Shown here: positions 27,512 through 38,323 of the stretch, one piece after another
How the letters are laid out: every line of letters starts with the position of its first letter
How positions within the stretch are numbered: the first letter of the stretch is position 1
Assembly: GCA_965541585.1 (NCBI GenBank)
Contig: CBEUCH010000011.1
Location: forward strand, 1 to 64,000
DNA: 64,000 bases
Origin: an uncultured bacterium
GTDB lineage: Bacteria > Zixibacteria > MSB-5A5 > UBA10806
Reading direction: 5' to 3'
The notes under the pieces: generated by a model
The model's database searches: none
What the model saw: the letters and a program-made list of their open reading frames with translations, nothing else
What the model was told of the DNA's origin: nothing
Translations under genes and position numbers: made by a program

Positions 27512-30500
27512 ATGAGAAGCCTGCTTGAGATAGCGATCAAGATTTCCCGGGTATTTGTTCTATCTGCTATAAGTGCCAGTCCCTTAGGTGCCGCTACTGT
27601 ATTCGATATGGATGTCGATATTTTGAGATCCGATATTACCGGTGTAACGATAAGTTATAAGGTTCCGGATCATGAGATTATCCCCAACAACATAGCGGGA
27701 GAGCAATATCATAACCTTCAGATCTCTCGTACGGCCCAGATTAGAGAAGAAGGACAGGTGGAGATTCCGGTCAAGATTGTGCCGCTGGCCGTTCCCCCGA
27801 TGGCCCGGGTTTCAATTCAGGTTCTGGAAGAGGAATATTACGATGTCCAGTTTAGAAAACTAGCACCATTCTTCGCCCGACATACGAGTGAAGAACTTGA
27901 TAAGGCTTTTTCTTCGGAGCTTGCGCGGAATCCAGAGGTGCCCTCGAGCAAACCATACATCTTATCCAAGGATGAAATCCGCGGTCTGAATATCATAAGG
28001 CTGGCGATTCCCACCGCCAGATATATGGGAATTTCACAACGATTATCTATTCTAAAGAGCATCACCATAAGAGTTGATTTCACAGAAGCGAAGGAGAACC
28101 TTGCTGCCGGCTACCGCAACCCCGGGGCCGCATTCGACAGGATCCTCAGAAGCACCGTCGCAAACTATGATGCGGGACGAGACTGGTTTCTTCCGAGGGC
28201 AGTTTCGCCGGTTTCGTTGACGGCAACTTCCACCGCCTTCGATTCATCTGATACGTGGGTCAGGATAGAGCTTTTATCTGAAGGTATATATAAGTTTGGA
28301 TGGCTCGACTTTAATGCTGCAGGCATAGAGCCCTTAAGTGTTGATCCATCGCAGATCAGGATGTTTTATGGCGGCGGCAGGGAGCTCCCACTGTCAAACT
28401 TCGATTCCCGTCCAGAGCTTTTCGAGATCCCCGTGGACATTCTCGGCGGCGGTGACGGACAGTTTGACAATGGGGATTTTGTTATCTTCTACGCCGATGC
28501 CGTCGATAGCTGGGAGTATTCGGAGGATCTCGGACGGTTTGAGCACTACAGGAATCATTACACCAATAGGAATATCTACTGGCTGACGCTTGGCGGTACT
28601 TTTTCCAATCCCCCGTTGAGATTTTCAGTCGCGGATGGAACTCCCGGCGGTTTATATGATGTGTCGGTTGATGGTTTTACAGCCAGGTACCATAAGGAGG
28701 AGGAGTGGATATTCTGGTGGCAGACACCGTCATCGGGTGTCTATGATTATTTCGAGTGGTACTGGGGATTGGGGAGAGACTTCAGCGTCACTATGCAGCT
28801 TTTCGACATTGTTCCCGGCGAAGAGGCTCAGATCGTTGTACGCCATAAGTCCGGGACTCCTTACCTGACAGTTAACGGAGGCGGCCAAATCGCTCCCTCG
28901 ACCAATCAATACTTTTCCACCTATTCGACAGCCGATCTATCAAACGGCCTTAACGGTTTGGTTCTGGAATCGTCGGGCGATTTCTATCTGGACTATATCG
29001 ATGTTCACTATGAACGCTGGCTGAAGCTTATCGACGGCAACCTGTTATTTGCCCGGCCCGATACTTTCGGAACGATCCGGTATAACCTCACAGAGGTCTC
29101 ATCGCCATATATACTGATGGACATTTCGGATAAAAACAGACCTGTAAAAATCACCGGGGGTGACCTCGAGGGGCAGGATCTCGTTTTTCATGATACAGTA
29201 TCTGCAGGATCGCATAAGCAATATTATATTTCCACGGTCGAGAGGCTTAAGAGCCCTGGTTCGGTATCGTTTTATGAAATGGATAACCTCCGTGACATAT
29301 CATCGGCGGAAAACAGAGTTGATGAGATAATAGTAACCTATGATAATTTCTATGATCATGCGGCAACACTGGCAGATTTACGGGAGCAGGAATATGATAT
29401 GCCCGTGAGAATTGTGAGGATATCGGATATCTATAATCAATTCTCCTCTGGCCTGGTGGATGCGGTTGCCATAAGGGATTTTCTCAAATATGCCTATGAG
29501 AACTGGCCCGAGCCGGCGCCTTCTTTTGTGCTTCTTCTGGGAGATGGTCATTATGACTTCAGAAACAACTTGGGCTCGAACAATCCCGTTTTCATCCCGC
29601 CTTTCGAAAACGATCGCCAGATGACCGATGACCATTTTATCTATTTCGGGGAAAAGGGCCATCTGGATTCCGACAGCAGCGGAGCTCCCGACATGATGAT
29701 TGGCCGGATCCCGGCAAACTCAGCACAGGATGCTGAAGATATGATCGGTAAAATTATCGATTACGATACTAACCCCGATCTGGGTTCATGGCGGAACAGG
29801 GTGGTGATCGTAGCCGACGATAACATAACGCCAAGAGGACCCTACGAGACATTCCACACACGCCAGGCGGAAACCCTTTCCAATCTTCATGTTCCCAATA
29901 GTTTTGAAGTGGGGAAGATCTATCTGATCGAATATCCCATGCAGAATGGAGAGAAACCTTCTGCCCGCGAGGCGTTGATTGGGGCTTTTAATCAAGGATC
30001 TCTGATAGTCGACTGGATAGGCCATGGAAGTCCCGACCTGTGGGCGGATGAACATATCTTCAGGAGATCCGAAGACATTCCCCGGCTGACGAATGGGAAA
30101 AGACTGCCATTGATATTCACCGCTTCCTGCTCGATTGGATTTTTCGATGATCCCAGTATAGAGAGTTTTGGGGAAGAGCTGATACGAAATCGCTCCCGTG
30201 GAGCGGTGGCGGTGATATCGGCCACCAGGACGGTCTTTGCCGCTCCAAACACGGCATACAACAACATGGTTTTCGATCAGCTTTTATATCAGGATTCGGT
30301 TGGTATCGGGGAAGCCATGTATATGGCGAAGTATCTTCGCGGCGGGCCAAATGGAACTCAATCCAACGACAGGTTTTATGTCCTTTTCGGAGATGCTGCC
30401 CAGATTCTGCAGTTTCCCAAGTTCGATGTCCGTTACACGTCGGCTCCGGATTCCCTCGTAGCCCTCAGTGAGGATGGCGTATCGGGCGAAATTACCGATA

Positions 30501-31516
30501 ACCAGGGTAACCTGATGAGCGATTTCAACGGCACCGCCTGGGTAACTGTAAAAGACGGCACCATAACGAAATCGGTGGTAATGCTCGACAGGTATAACAA
30601 TCCGCTGTCACCGCCCAACAATACAATAAGCTATCTGGCTCCTGGCGCGACAATCTTCGTCGGCCCTGTCGATGTTGTAAACGGTATGTTTTCAACTCGA
30701 TTCTTCATGCCAAAGGACGTGTCGTATGGCAGCCGGGGCGCTAAGATATACGCCTACGCCGAGAATGGGATTTACGATGCTGTAGGGGTTGTCGATTCAA
30801 TTCTGGTTTCCGGGTCAGTTTCGTCTGTTCAAGATTCGACGGGGCCTGAGATCAGGCTTCTGGCGGATAGCCGCCCGTTTTCATCGGGTATTACTCTGGT
30901 GCGCTCGGGCTTCAATCTTACGGCGGAGATTGAAGACCAACATGGAATAAATATCACCGGTCAGCTGGGGCATGGGATAGTAATCCGAGTGGACGATGGC
31001 GAGGTTTTTGAAGCGGACGCCACGGGCAATTTCAGTTATAACCGCGGCGGTTTTCAAGCCGGGACTCTGGAACTGACCTTACCTTCGCTGCCTCCGGGGG
31101 AACATGATATTTCCGTGAAGGCCTGGGATAACTTTAACAATTCCAGCTTGATTGTGAAGAGAATCGAGGTTGTTTCAACGGAGAAGCTTAAAATAACTGA
31201 GGTTATGAATTATCCCAATCCTGTCAGAGAACGCGGCCAGAATACTGAGTTTCAATACTGCTTGAATAGCGATGTCGATCGAGTCATTATAAAGATATTC
31301 ACAGAATCAGGCAGGAAAATAAAGACTATAGGTGTTTCATGGCCGGACGAGGGGGCTCGGATGGGGTGTCATCAAACTGCCTGGAATCTGAGGGATGCCG
31401 ATGGCGACCCGTTGTCAAATGGAGTATATTTGTATCAGGTCTCCGCTGACGGTCGAGATTTCGACGGGAAAAGAGTTAATGTTTCAGAGGCAGTGAAACT
31501 GGTCATCTTGCGTTAA
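27512..31516 (+). CDS. porU: Type IX secretion sortase PorU (C25 gingipain family) with T9SS CTD
   Basis: C25 propeptide, IYNQFSSG..DAVAIRDFLK, LLLGDGHYD, catalytic WIGHG and TASC, DSTGPEI, KAWDNFNNS and a YPNP CTD. Confidence 0.9.
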   Translation: MRSLLEIAIKISRVFVLSAISASPLGAATVFDMDVDILRSDITGVTISYKVPDHEIIPNNIAGEQYHNLQISRTAQIREEGQVEIPVKIVPLAVPPMARVSIQVLEEEYYDVQFRKLAPFFARHTSEELDKAFSSELARNPEVPSSKPYILSKDEIRGLNIIRLAIPTARYMGISQRLSILKSITIRVDFTEAKENLAAGYRNPGAAFDRILRSTVANYDAGRDWFLPRAVSPVSLTATSTAFDSSDTWVRIELLSEGIYKFGWLDFNAAGIEPLSVDPSQIRMFYGGGRELPLSNFDSRPELFEIPVDILGGGDGQFDNGDFVIFYADAVDSWEYSEDLGRFEHYRNHYTNRNIYWLTLGGTFSNPPLRFSVADGTPGGLYDVSVDGFTARYHKEEEWIFWWQTPSSGVYDYFEWYWGLGRDFSVTMQLFDIVPGEEAQIVVRHKSGTPYLTVNGGGQIAPSTNQYFSTYSTADLSNGLNGLVLESSGDFYLDYIDVHYERWLKLIDGNLLFARPDTFGTIRYNLTEVSSPYILMDISDKNRPVKITGGDLEGQDLVFHDTVSAGSHKQYYISTVERLKSPGSVSFYEMDNLRDISSAENRVDEIIVTYDNFYDHAATLADLREQEYDMPVRIVRISDIYNQFSSGLVDAVAIRDFLKYAYENWPEPAPSFVLLLGDGHYDFRNNLGSNNPVFIPPFENDRQMTDDHFIYFGEKGHLDSDSSGAPDMMIGRIPANSAQDAEDMIGKIIDYDTNPDLGSWRNRVVIVADDNITPRGPYETFHTRQAETLSNLHVPNSFEVGKIYLIEYPMQNGEKPSAREALIGAFNQGSLIVDWIGHGSPDLWADEHIFRRSEDIPRLTNGKRLPLIFTASCSIGFFDDPSIESFGEELIRNRSRGAVAVISATRTVFAAPNTAYNNMVFDQLLYQDSVGIGEAMYMAKYLRGGPNGTQSNDRFYVLFGDAAQILQFPKFDVRYTSAPDSLVALSEDGVSGEITDNQGNLMSDFNGTAWVTVKDGTITKSVVMLDRYNNPLSPPNNTISYLAPGATIFVGPVDVVNGMFSTRFFMPKDVSYGSRGAKIYAYAENGIYDAVGVVDSILVSGSVSSVQDSTGPEIRLLADSRPFSSGITLVRSGFNLTAEIEDQHGINITGQLGHGIVIRVDDGEVFEADATGNFSYNRGGFQAGTLELTLPSLPPGEHDISVKAWDNFNNSSLIVKRIEVVSTEKLKITEVMNYPNPVRERGQNTEFQYCLNSDVDRVIIKIFTESGRKIKTIGVSWPDEGARMGCHQTAWNLRDADGDPLSNGVYLYQVSADGRDFDGKRVNVSEAVKLVILR

Positions 31517-31590
31517 GATGTAAATGTTGGAAAGCCGATAATATTATTGAGCGGAAAAAATGAACAAAAAGATCGATTATGGAGGCTCGA

Positions 31591-34170
31591 ATGAAAGGGT
31601 ATAAGCTTGCTATCCTGATAACACTTGCTCTGTCGGTATCCGCGGCAGCCCAAGTGTCGCAGACTGCAGTGCAGTTTCTGCTGATAGCGCCGGGAGCTCG
31701 CGCCGGGGGGATGGGTGAGACGTTCGTGGCGATATCTGATGACGCCACCGCGGTGCACTGGAACCCTGCCGGCTTGGGGCGATATCCCTTGAGCGGAACC
31801 TGGCTGGATTTTAGAGCAGCATCCCAGGATACCGTAAATGGATTGGTTCTGGTGAAAAACAATCTGCCGGAGACGAATTATCGCCAGTATGATATATGGG
31901 GACTGGTCAATAATCGGCTTGCCAAATGGGACGGTGAGAAATGGATCTTCGGAACCCGGAGGACGCTGGCCGCGGACAGGTCGCTACAATCGCTGGTTGA
32001 GAGATTCACCGGCCTTTCCGAGAGCGAGGCAGAGGTTTATGCCGATAAGGTTGCCAGGGCCAACAACGAGCTGACCCCGGAAGTCATAGAATCTCTGCAT
32101 AATCAGCTAATGCAGGTAGTACCCTCGGATTATCTCTATAAAGAAGAAATCGAATACGGTTTTGAGAAGCTCCATAATGCTTGGCAACGTTTAAGAATAG
32201 ACATGGACGGCTTCAATGAGATTCGGGATGAAATCAAACAGTTGCAGGCGGAATCGTTCAATGTGCGGGAAAATCTGGATAAGATAGCGTTCGGATTTCA
32301 CAGAGCCGTAACGGCCAGAGGTGAGCGGAAAGTCTGGATACCTTTCGATGTGACCCTGCCCGAAAACATCACCTGCCTGGGTTCGGACGACAATTCTATA
32401 TATGTCGGGACCTCTGAAGGTCTTTTCCAACTCGATCCGGACAATATGAGATGGTCCACGTATACAGTTGAACAGAATTCTCTACCCTCGAATCATATTA
32501 CCGTCATCGAAAAGGTCGGCCGTCGGCTGATGTATATCGGTACTGACAGGGGTTTGGTCAAATTCACTGGCCGCAATGTTGAGATTTTTCCGGATAATTC
32601 TGCTGCTCCCAGGGGTTATGTGACTGCTATCGCCGCTATAAGCAATAAGGACGCCTGGGCGGTGTCGGAAGACAAGCTTTACCATTATGACGGCACCACA
32701 TGGCTTGATGCAAAGAACGAAGAGATCTCAATCGGGGAAAGCATCCCCTTGACGATGCAGGAATTCTATGGTGATTTCGGCGAGGTCTGGTACGATAGAT
32801 TGCTGGCAGAAATAGCTCAGGCGAATGCCGGCGATCTCGACAGCGTGGAGGCGGGCCAGCTCGTGAGATTTCCTTATAGTCTTGGTTACAAAGGTGAAAT
32901 CACCCGGCTCGGGATTGACCCCCGCGGCAAGTTATGGATAGGAACCACCCACGGAATAGTGCTTTACGACGGCAATAGATTTCAACAATTCGGATATAGG
33001 ATTTTTGAGGTTCCCTCCGATGGAATGGCGCTGGAGGAAATTGCCGCCCAATTTATACCCGATCGTGATCCAACCATAATTGAAAAACTCACCCGGATGA
33101 TCAAAGATTTCAACGATCTGGAGACATTCTATCTTGACAGGGGAACGAAGATATTGGTTTACGCCAATTCTCTCGGCTCCAAGATCTCTGCCATTCGTCC
33201 GGTTTCAGCCGATGAAACCCTGATCGCTACTGCCCTTGGAATAGTGGAATACAATAAGGGGAAATGGGGTAGATTGCAGAACATCCAGTTGGCAGAATCG
33301 AAGGTCTCCGAGATCCAGGAGCGAAACGGCGAGCTCTGGATAGCGGCTGCCGACAGGATAGCGGTCTATGCCGGAGCCAAAAAGCAGATGACGTTTATGC
33401 ACTCAAACTACCTCGTTCAACTGGCTGATGATTTGTACTATGATTATTTTTCCTTCGTTTATCCCTCGAAAGGATGGGGGACATTCGGTCTGGGGGTAAC
33501 ATTCTTATCGTACGGTGAGCAAGTACGAACCGGCGAGTCCGGTGAGGAGCTGGGCACATTTTCATCCTACGATATAGCGTTTACTCTATCATATGGCACG
33601 AAACTGATGCACAATCTCTCCGGGGGAGTTTCCTTGAGGTATATCAATTCCCATCTGGCGGAGGTTGGTGCCGGTTCCGAACGTGGCAAGGGAACCGGAT
33701 ATTCTGTGGCAGTTGATGGCGGAGTTCTCTACGATGTATCCAGCAAGCTGACTCTGGCGGCCACCTTCACCAATATAGGTCCCGATATTGCGTATATCGA
33801 CGCTGACCAGGCTGACCCTCTTCCCCGGAAGCTGGCGGTGGGATTCAACTATAAGATCGTGGATTCGCCTTTCAACCGGTTATCTGTACTGGGAGAGGCG
33901 GATAAGCTCCTGGTAGACCTCAACCACTCTTTAGGAACGGAATTCAGGGAGATTATACCTCATATCGGTCTCGAATACTGGTACTCGAACTATGTCGCCC
34001 TGAGGACGGGATATGTCTACGATGAAGTGGGCGTTCAGAGATATTTCACGCTGGGTGCCTCGCTTCAGTACTCCAACTACAGATTCGATTTCTCCTACAT
34101 ACCGTCATCCAATCAGGACTTCAACCGGCTTGGAAACACCATGAGATTCTCTATGAACGCGGGGTTTTAA
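31591..34170 (+). CDS. porV: PorV/PorQ family barrel with a large internal beta-propeller/LysM-like insertion
   Basis: FLLIAPGARAGGMGE..HWNPAGL N-terminus and C-terminal barrel motifs (TNIGP, DPLP, GLEYWY, LRTGY, terminal Phe). GGAGG SD before the ATG at 31591. Confidence 0.85.
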   Translation: MKGYKLAILITLALSVSAAAQVSQTAVQFLLIAPGARAGGMGETFVAISDDATAVHWNPAGLGRYPLSGTWLDFRAASQDTVNGLVLVKNNLPETNYRQYDIWGLVNNRLAKWDGEKWIFGTRRTLAADRSLQSLVERFTGLSESEAEVYADKVARANNELTPEVIESLHNQLMQVVPSDYLYKEEIEYGFEKLHNAWQRLRIDMDGFNEIRDEIKQLQAESFNVRENLDKIAFGFHRAVTARGERKVWIPFDVTLPENITCLGSDDNSIYVGTSEGLFQLDPDNMRWSTYTVEQNSLPSNHITVIEKVGRRLMYIGTDRGLVKFTGRNVEIFPDNSAAPRGYVTAIAAISNKDAWAVSEDKLYHYDGTTWLDAKNEEISIGESIPLTMQEFYGDFGEVWYDRLLAEIAQANAGDLDSVEAGQLVRFPYSLGYKGEITRLGIDPRGKLWIGTTHGIVLYDGNRFQQFGYRIFEVPSDGMALEEIAAQFIPDRDPTIIEKLTRMIKDFNDLETFYLDRGTKILVYANSLGSKISAIRPVSADETLIATALGIVEYNKGKWGRLQNIQLAESKVSEIQERNGELWIAAADRIAVYAGAKKQMTFMHSNYLVQLADDLYYDYFSFVYPSKGWGTFGLGVTFLSYGEQVRTGESGEELGTFSSYDIAFTLSYGTKLMHNLSGGVSLRYINSHLAEVGAGSERGKGTGYSVAVDGGVLYDVSSKLTLAATFTNIGPDIAYIDADQADPLPRKLAVGFNYKIVDSPFNRLSVLGEADKLLVDLNHSLGTEFREIIPHIGLEYWYSNYVALRTGYVYDEVGVQRYFTLGASLQYSNYRFDFSYIPSSNQDFNRLGNTMRFSMNAGF

Positions 34171-34181
34171 GGACTTAATTA

Positions 34182-37100
34182 GTGTTGTTTTACCGCCGTT
34201 TTATTTATGCGGTCATTTCGATTCTTCTTTTGACCGGGTCGTCGTGGTCGGAAACCATCCTTCGCCCAATCGAACGGGTTCCCTTAGCTGATATCCATAG
34301 AGAGAATATCTCCGGCAGGCATAGGTTTATATCAGATGTATCGAGGAAAAACCTTTTAGAGCTCGATCGCCCAGCGCCCTTTGCATTGCCCACCGCCAAA
34401 AGAGGGATTTCTCTGGAAGCTGCATTAATGATTGATACTCTTAACGTTTTGGCGCTGAAAGTGGAATTTCAAAGGGAGATGCCGGATGATCCCAACACCA
34501 CCGGTGACGGTACGTTCGATCTGCGCAGCTACGAACAATTTCTCACGGAGGAACAGCATTATATCGATCCCGGGCCTCATACCACGTCGTATTTCAATTC
34601 TCACCTGGAGGCCCTGAGGCGATACTGGTATTTCATATCCGATAAGAAGCTTGATTTAACCTGGGATGTATATCCCCGCGAGGAAAGTCTGGCCTATCGT
34701 CTACCGCAGCCGATGTCTTATTACGGCTCTGCGGCTACATTAGATGAAGTCGCTGAGAAGCTCGGATACTTCTTTATCGATGCCGTATCAATGGCAGATT
34801 CCGTTGCTCCCCAGATAGATTTCTCCGCGTATCAGTCGATCGTTCTATTCCATGCCGGTTCAGACCAGCAGAATAATATTCCGTTTATTAATAACACACC
34901 GCATGATCTCTTTACAGGATTTCTTATTTTGTCGGAGCCGGTCTACGTTGACAGCGGGACGGTGGGGATACAGGAGGGCTTGATAATACCGGAGGCGGCG
35001 TCCCAGGATAATCGCGTCACCGCCATAAATGCTGTTCTATCGCATGAATTCGGCCACCAGCTCGGACTGATCGATCTGTATAACACCCAGACTTTCTTTA
35101 CCCAGGTCGGCGACTTTGCCCTGATGGACAATAACGGGATGTCGGTGGGTGTTCAATTTCCCGACATAAGATCCACTGTCGGCGGTACGCTGCCGGTTTA
35201 TGCGTCAGCCTGGTCGAGAGCGTTTCTGGGATTCGATATCCCGCGAGAGATTACAGGCGGAATCGACATACCCTTGACTGCAGCCGCCCTTTCCGGCGAC
35301 TCCACTGAAATAATCAAAGTGCCCATGACCGATTTCGAATATATCCTGCTGGAAAATCGTCAACCGGACACCGATACGCTGGAACCGGATTATCCTTTCG
35401 ACAACGTGTTGATTGGCGATTCCTTAACCGGTGTTATACTCGGTCCGGGATATGCATATTTTGAGGGTAACGATACGGTTTTGGTCTCCGATGCCGAATA
35501 TGACCGGTTACTTCCCGGAGACGGGGTCCTGATGTGGCACGTCGATGAATATGTTGCCTACCAGAGTAATTTTCCAGGTTTCAATAATTACCAGACTAAC
35601 TCCCTGCAATGGGATAAGGATCGCAGATTCTTAACCCTTATCGAAGCTAATGGAGTTGTAGATTTCGGCGGGAATTATTACAGGGGATATGGAACTGACT
35701 CGGATTTTTATAAAGTCGGGAATAGCACAATGTTGACTCCCTTCACCAATCCCTCCTCCATGTCCAACCTCGGCGCCGACACGCATATTCATATCACGGA
35801 TATATCTGAATCGGATACGGTTATGACATTGGATATTGAGGTAGAATGGCTAATGCCGGGCTGGCCGCAGATGAGCTTTCCCCAACAGAATTCAGATCCG
35901 ATTCTGGTCGATATCGATGGAGACGATGCTCTCGAGATCCTGATTGCAGCCGATTCGGCTCTTTTGATTTACAGATATGATGGCGAGAAATTTATCACAA
36001 ATTCCGATTCCCTTCGATTTTATGGTTTTGATGGTAGCATACAAGCTTATCCGTGGGGCATCGCAGCCATTTGCGATACGACCATCTCGGATAGGCCGGT
36101 GCCGGTGGATTTCGATGGTGATGGTACGTATGAAATTGTTTTGCCGACCGTCTCCGGACGGTTGTACGCATTTTCACCTTCCGATGATAACGTGGACGGC
36201 AGAGCCGATGCGTTTCCCGGTTTTCCGATACAGATCTCAATTGGGGCCGTTACATCCGTGATAGCGGCTGATTTTGATTCCGCAGCCGGCACGGAATTGA
36301 TTGCGTTTGATGACAATGGAATAGTACACGCGGTAACCGGGTCTGCAACCGATAGCGTTATTTTTGATTTCGGCGCCCCGATACTTTCATCTGCTGCCTT
36401 TACCGTGGAAGGATATAACCTAATTGATGTCGCTTATATCCTTAATAACCAGGCCACGATTTCCCGGCTCATTTCTGATGCGGGAGGATTCGATTTCATG
36501 CTCGATTTTTCCATTCCGGCGGGCACTGAGGACACATGCTATATTGTTTCCGGAGATATCGACAGGGACGGCGGCCTGCCCGAAATTATAGCAGTCTGTT
36601 CCAGCCGGATAGTCCTGATTGAGGATGATGGATCACTGGAGACTTTTACAGAGATAGGCCAATCGTTGGGGCGTCCGGCGCTCGGCGATATCGACGCCGA
36701 TGGTTATCCTGAAATCATCGTTGCGGGCGATTCGAAAATATATGCGTTTGGCCGTAACGGCGTACTCATGTCCGATTTTCCAGTCGATCTAAGCCTGTAT
36801 GATCTGACGGGAGTAATCGCGGCGCAGCCGGTTCTGGGCGATGTCGATGAGGATGGTTTGCCCGATATCATAGTTGGATTGCCGGTCGGCGCAATTCACG
36901 CCCATAACTACCGGGCTGAGTGGATTGCCGGGTTTCCTCTTCCGAGCTCATTCGGAATCGATAGATCCTGCGCCCTGGCGGATATAGATAACGATGGAGA
37001 TCTGGATCTTCTGTCGATCGAGATGTCGGGTATGATAAGCGCCTGGGATATTTCGTTTAGCTATGATTACGTCGATATCCCCTGGGGCATGGATGGCGGT

Positions 37101-37442
37101 GATCACTCAAACAGCAATTATCTGTCGCCATTGCATGAGAAGCAGATAGTAGCCGGCGATGATCAATTGCCGAAAGGCTCGGTTTATAATTATCCCAATC
37201 CGGCGTCGAATTCTACAACCATAAGGTATTATCTGAATAGTGAATCTCTTGTCAATATAGATATGTACGATTTCATGGGCGAAAAAATAGAATCCGCTCA
37301 GATGATCGGCGAGGCGCACATGGACAATGAGTATGTCTGGGATTGTTCGGGAGTTGCCTCCGGCGTATACTTTTGCCGGGTGGAGGCCGATGATGGAGGC
37401 AGCAAAAAATGGCAGATTATAAAGATTGCCCTTGTAAAGTGA
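34182..37442 (+). CDS. M6 (immune inhibitor A-like) metalloprotease with FG-GAP/VCBS repeats and T9SS CTD
   Basis: FHAG, HEFGHQLGLIDLY zincin motif, EYILLENRQ, GVLMWHVD, repeated GDIDADG motifs, and a YNYPNP...SGVYFC CTD. Confidence 0.88.
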   Translation: MLFYRRFIYAVISILLLTGSSWSETILRPIERVPLADIHRENISGRHRFISDVSRKNLLELDRPAPFALPTAKRGISLEAALMIDTLNVLALKVEFQREMPDDPNTTGDGTFDLRSYEQFLTEEQHYIDPGPHTTSYFNSHLEALRRYWYFISDKKLDLTWDVYPREESLAYRLPQPMSYYGSAATLDEVAEKLGYFFIDAVSMADSVAPQIDFSAYQSIVLFHAGSDQQNNIPFINNTPHDLFTGFLILSEPVYVDSGTVGIQEGLIIPEAASQDNRVTAINAVLSHEFGHQLGLIDLYNTQTFFTQVGDFALMDNNGMSVGVQFPDIRSTVGGTLPVYASAWSRAFLGFDIPREITGGIDIPLTAAALSGDSTEIIKVPMTDFEYILLENRQPDTDTLEPDYPFDNVLIGDSLTGVILGPGYAYFEGNDTVLVSDAEYDRLLPGDGVLMWHVDEYVAYQSNFPGFNNYQTNSLQWDKDRRFLTLIEANGVVDFGGNYYRGYGTDSDFYKVGNSTMLTPFTNPSSMSNLGADTHIHITDISESDTVMTLDIEVEWLMPGWPQMSFPQQNSDPILVDIDGDDALEILIAADSALLIYRYDGEKFITNSDSLRFYGFDGSIQAYPWGIAAICDTTISDRPVPVDFDGDGTYEIVLPTVSGRLYAFSPSDDNVDGRADAFPGFPIQISIGAVTSVIAADFDSAAGTELIAFDDNGIVHAVTGSATDSVIFDFGAPILSSAAFTVEGYNLIDVAYILNNQATISRLISDAGGFDFMLDFSIPAGTEDTCYIVSGDIDRDGGLPEIIAVCSSRIVLIEDDGSLETFTEIGQSLGRPALGDIDADGYPEIIVAGDSKIYAFGRNGVLMSDFPVDLSLYDLTGVIAAQPVLGDVDEDGLPDIIVGLPVGAIHAHNYRAEWIAGFPLPSSFGIDRSCALADIDNDGDLDLLSIEMSGMISAWDISFSYDYVDIPWGMDGGDHSNSNYLSPLHEKQIVAGDDQLPKGSVYNYPNPASNSTTIRYYLNSESLVNIDMYDFMGEKIESAQMIGEAHMDNEYVWDCSGVASGVYFCRVEADDGGSKKWQIIKIALVK

Positions 37443-37476
37443 GATCTTTCCGGGTTAAATTTCAGGAGGTGTTCGG

Positions 37477-38319
37477 ATGAGGATATTGTCAGCATTTATG
37501 GTCATAATAATCCTGACGGCTGCAACCGCCTGGTCGGGGGGAGCGGGTATCGCCAGGGTTTATTCGGTGGAAGAGTATTTTCTAGCCAATGACCTGGCGA
37601 TGGAGAAATATTTCAATGGCGAAGTGATCTTAAGTGAACAGGACGATCTCGGCCCCGGGAGTATATACGAATATTCCACCAAATCCCCGGCCAAGGCTTT
37701 TCTGCTGTCACTGGCGATTCCCGGCGCAGGTGAGTATTATAACGGCCAGAAAATCAAGGCGGGAACATTTTTGGCCGTCGATGCTCTTCTCTGGACGGGT
37801 TACTTCATATATCATAAGAAAGGCTCCGACAAAGAAAACGAATACCAGACGTTCGCCGACGATAATTATACGTGGCAAACCTTCATCATAGCCTGGGATC
37901 AGCTTCCGGAGGAGGATAAGGATAGATTCTCGCATCGTATGCCGTGGGACGATGGAAGTAACCGGCCTAATTTCAATCATGAATACTATGAAAATATCGG
38001 GAAATATGATCAATTTCAAGTAGGCTGGAATGATATAGATTTTTCCCCTTGGGACATAAGAGACACTACGGAGGCAGGTAAGATTGTCTCGAATCTCAGA
38101 TCGCAGTATCTCGATATGCGGAAGCAGGCCAACGATTATTTTTCAAATGCCACCACGGCGGTAATGATCTCTATAGCAAACCATGTAGTATCGGCGTTCG
38201 ATGCTGCCATTGGTGCGAAAAGATTTAATAAGGGCCGCAAGCAATATTCTCTGAATCTTAAGACGAAGAATATCGACGGCAAAACGACGCCATTTTTAAC
38301 GTTTACTGCGAAGTTTTAG
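37477..38319 (+). CDS. Conserved envelope protein (DUF5683-like)
   Basis: Signal peptide, KSPAKAFLLSLAIPGAGEYY, YYENIGKYDQF and a terminal Phe. Confidence 0.7.
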   Translation: MRILSAFMVIIILTAATAWSGGAGIARVYSVEEYFLANDLAMEKYFNGEVILSEQDDLGPGSIYEYSTKSPAKAFLLSLAIPGAGEYYNGQKIKAGTFLAVDALLWTGYFIYHKKGSDKENEYQTFADDNYTWQTFIIAWDQLPEEDKDRFSHRMPWDDGSNRPNFNHEYYENIGKYDQFQVGWNDIDFSPWDIRDTTEAGKIVSNLRSQYLDMRKQANDYFSNATTAVMISIANHVVSAFDAAIGAKRFNKGRKQYSLNLKTKNIDGKTTPFLTFTAKF

Positions 38320-38323
38320 AGCT

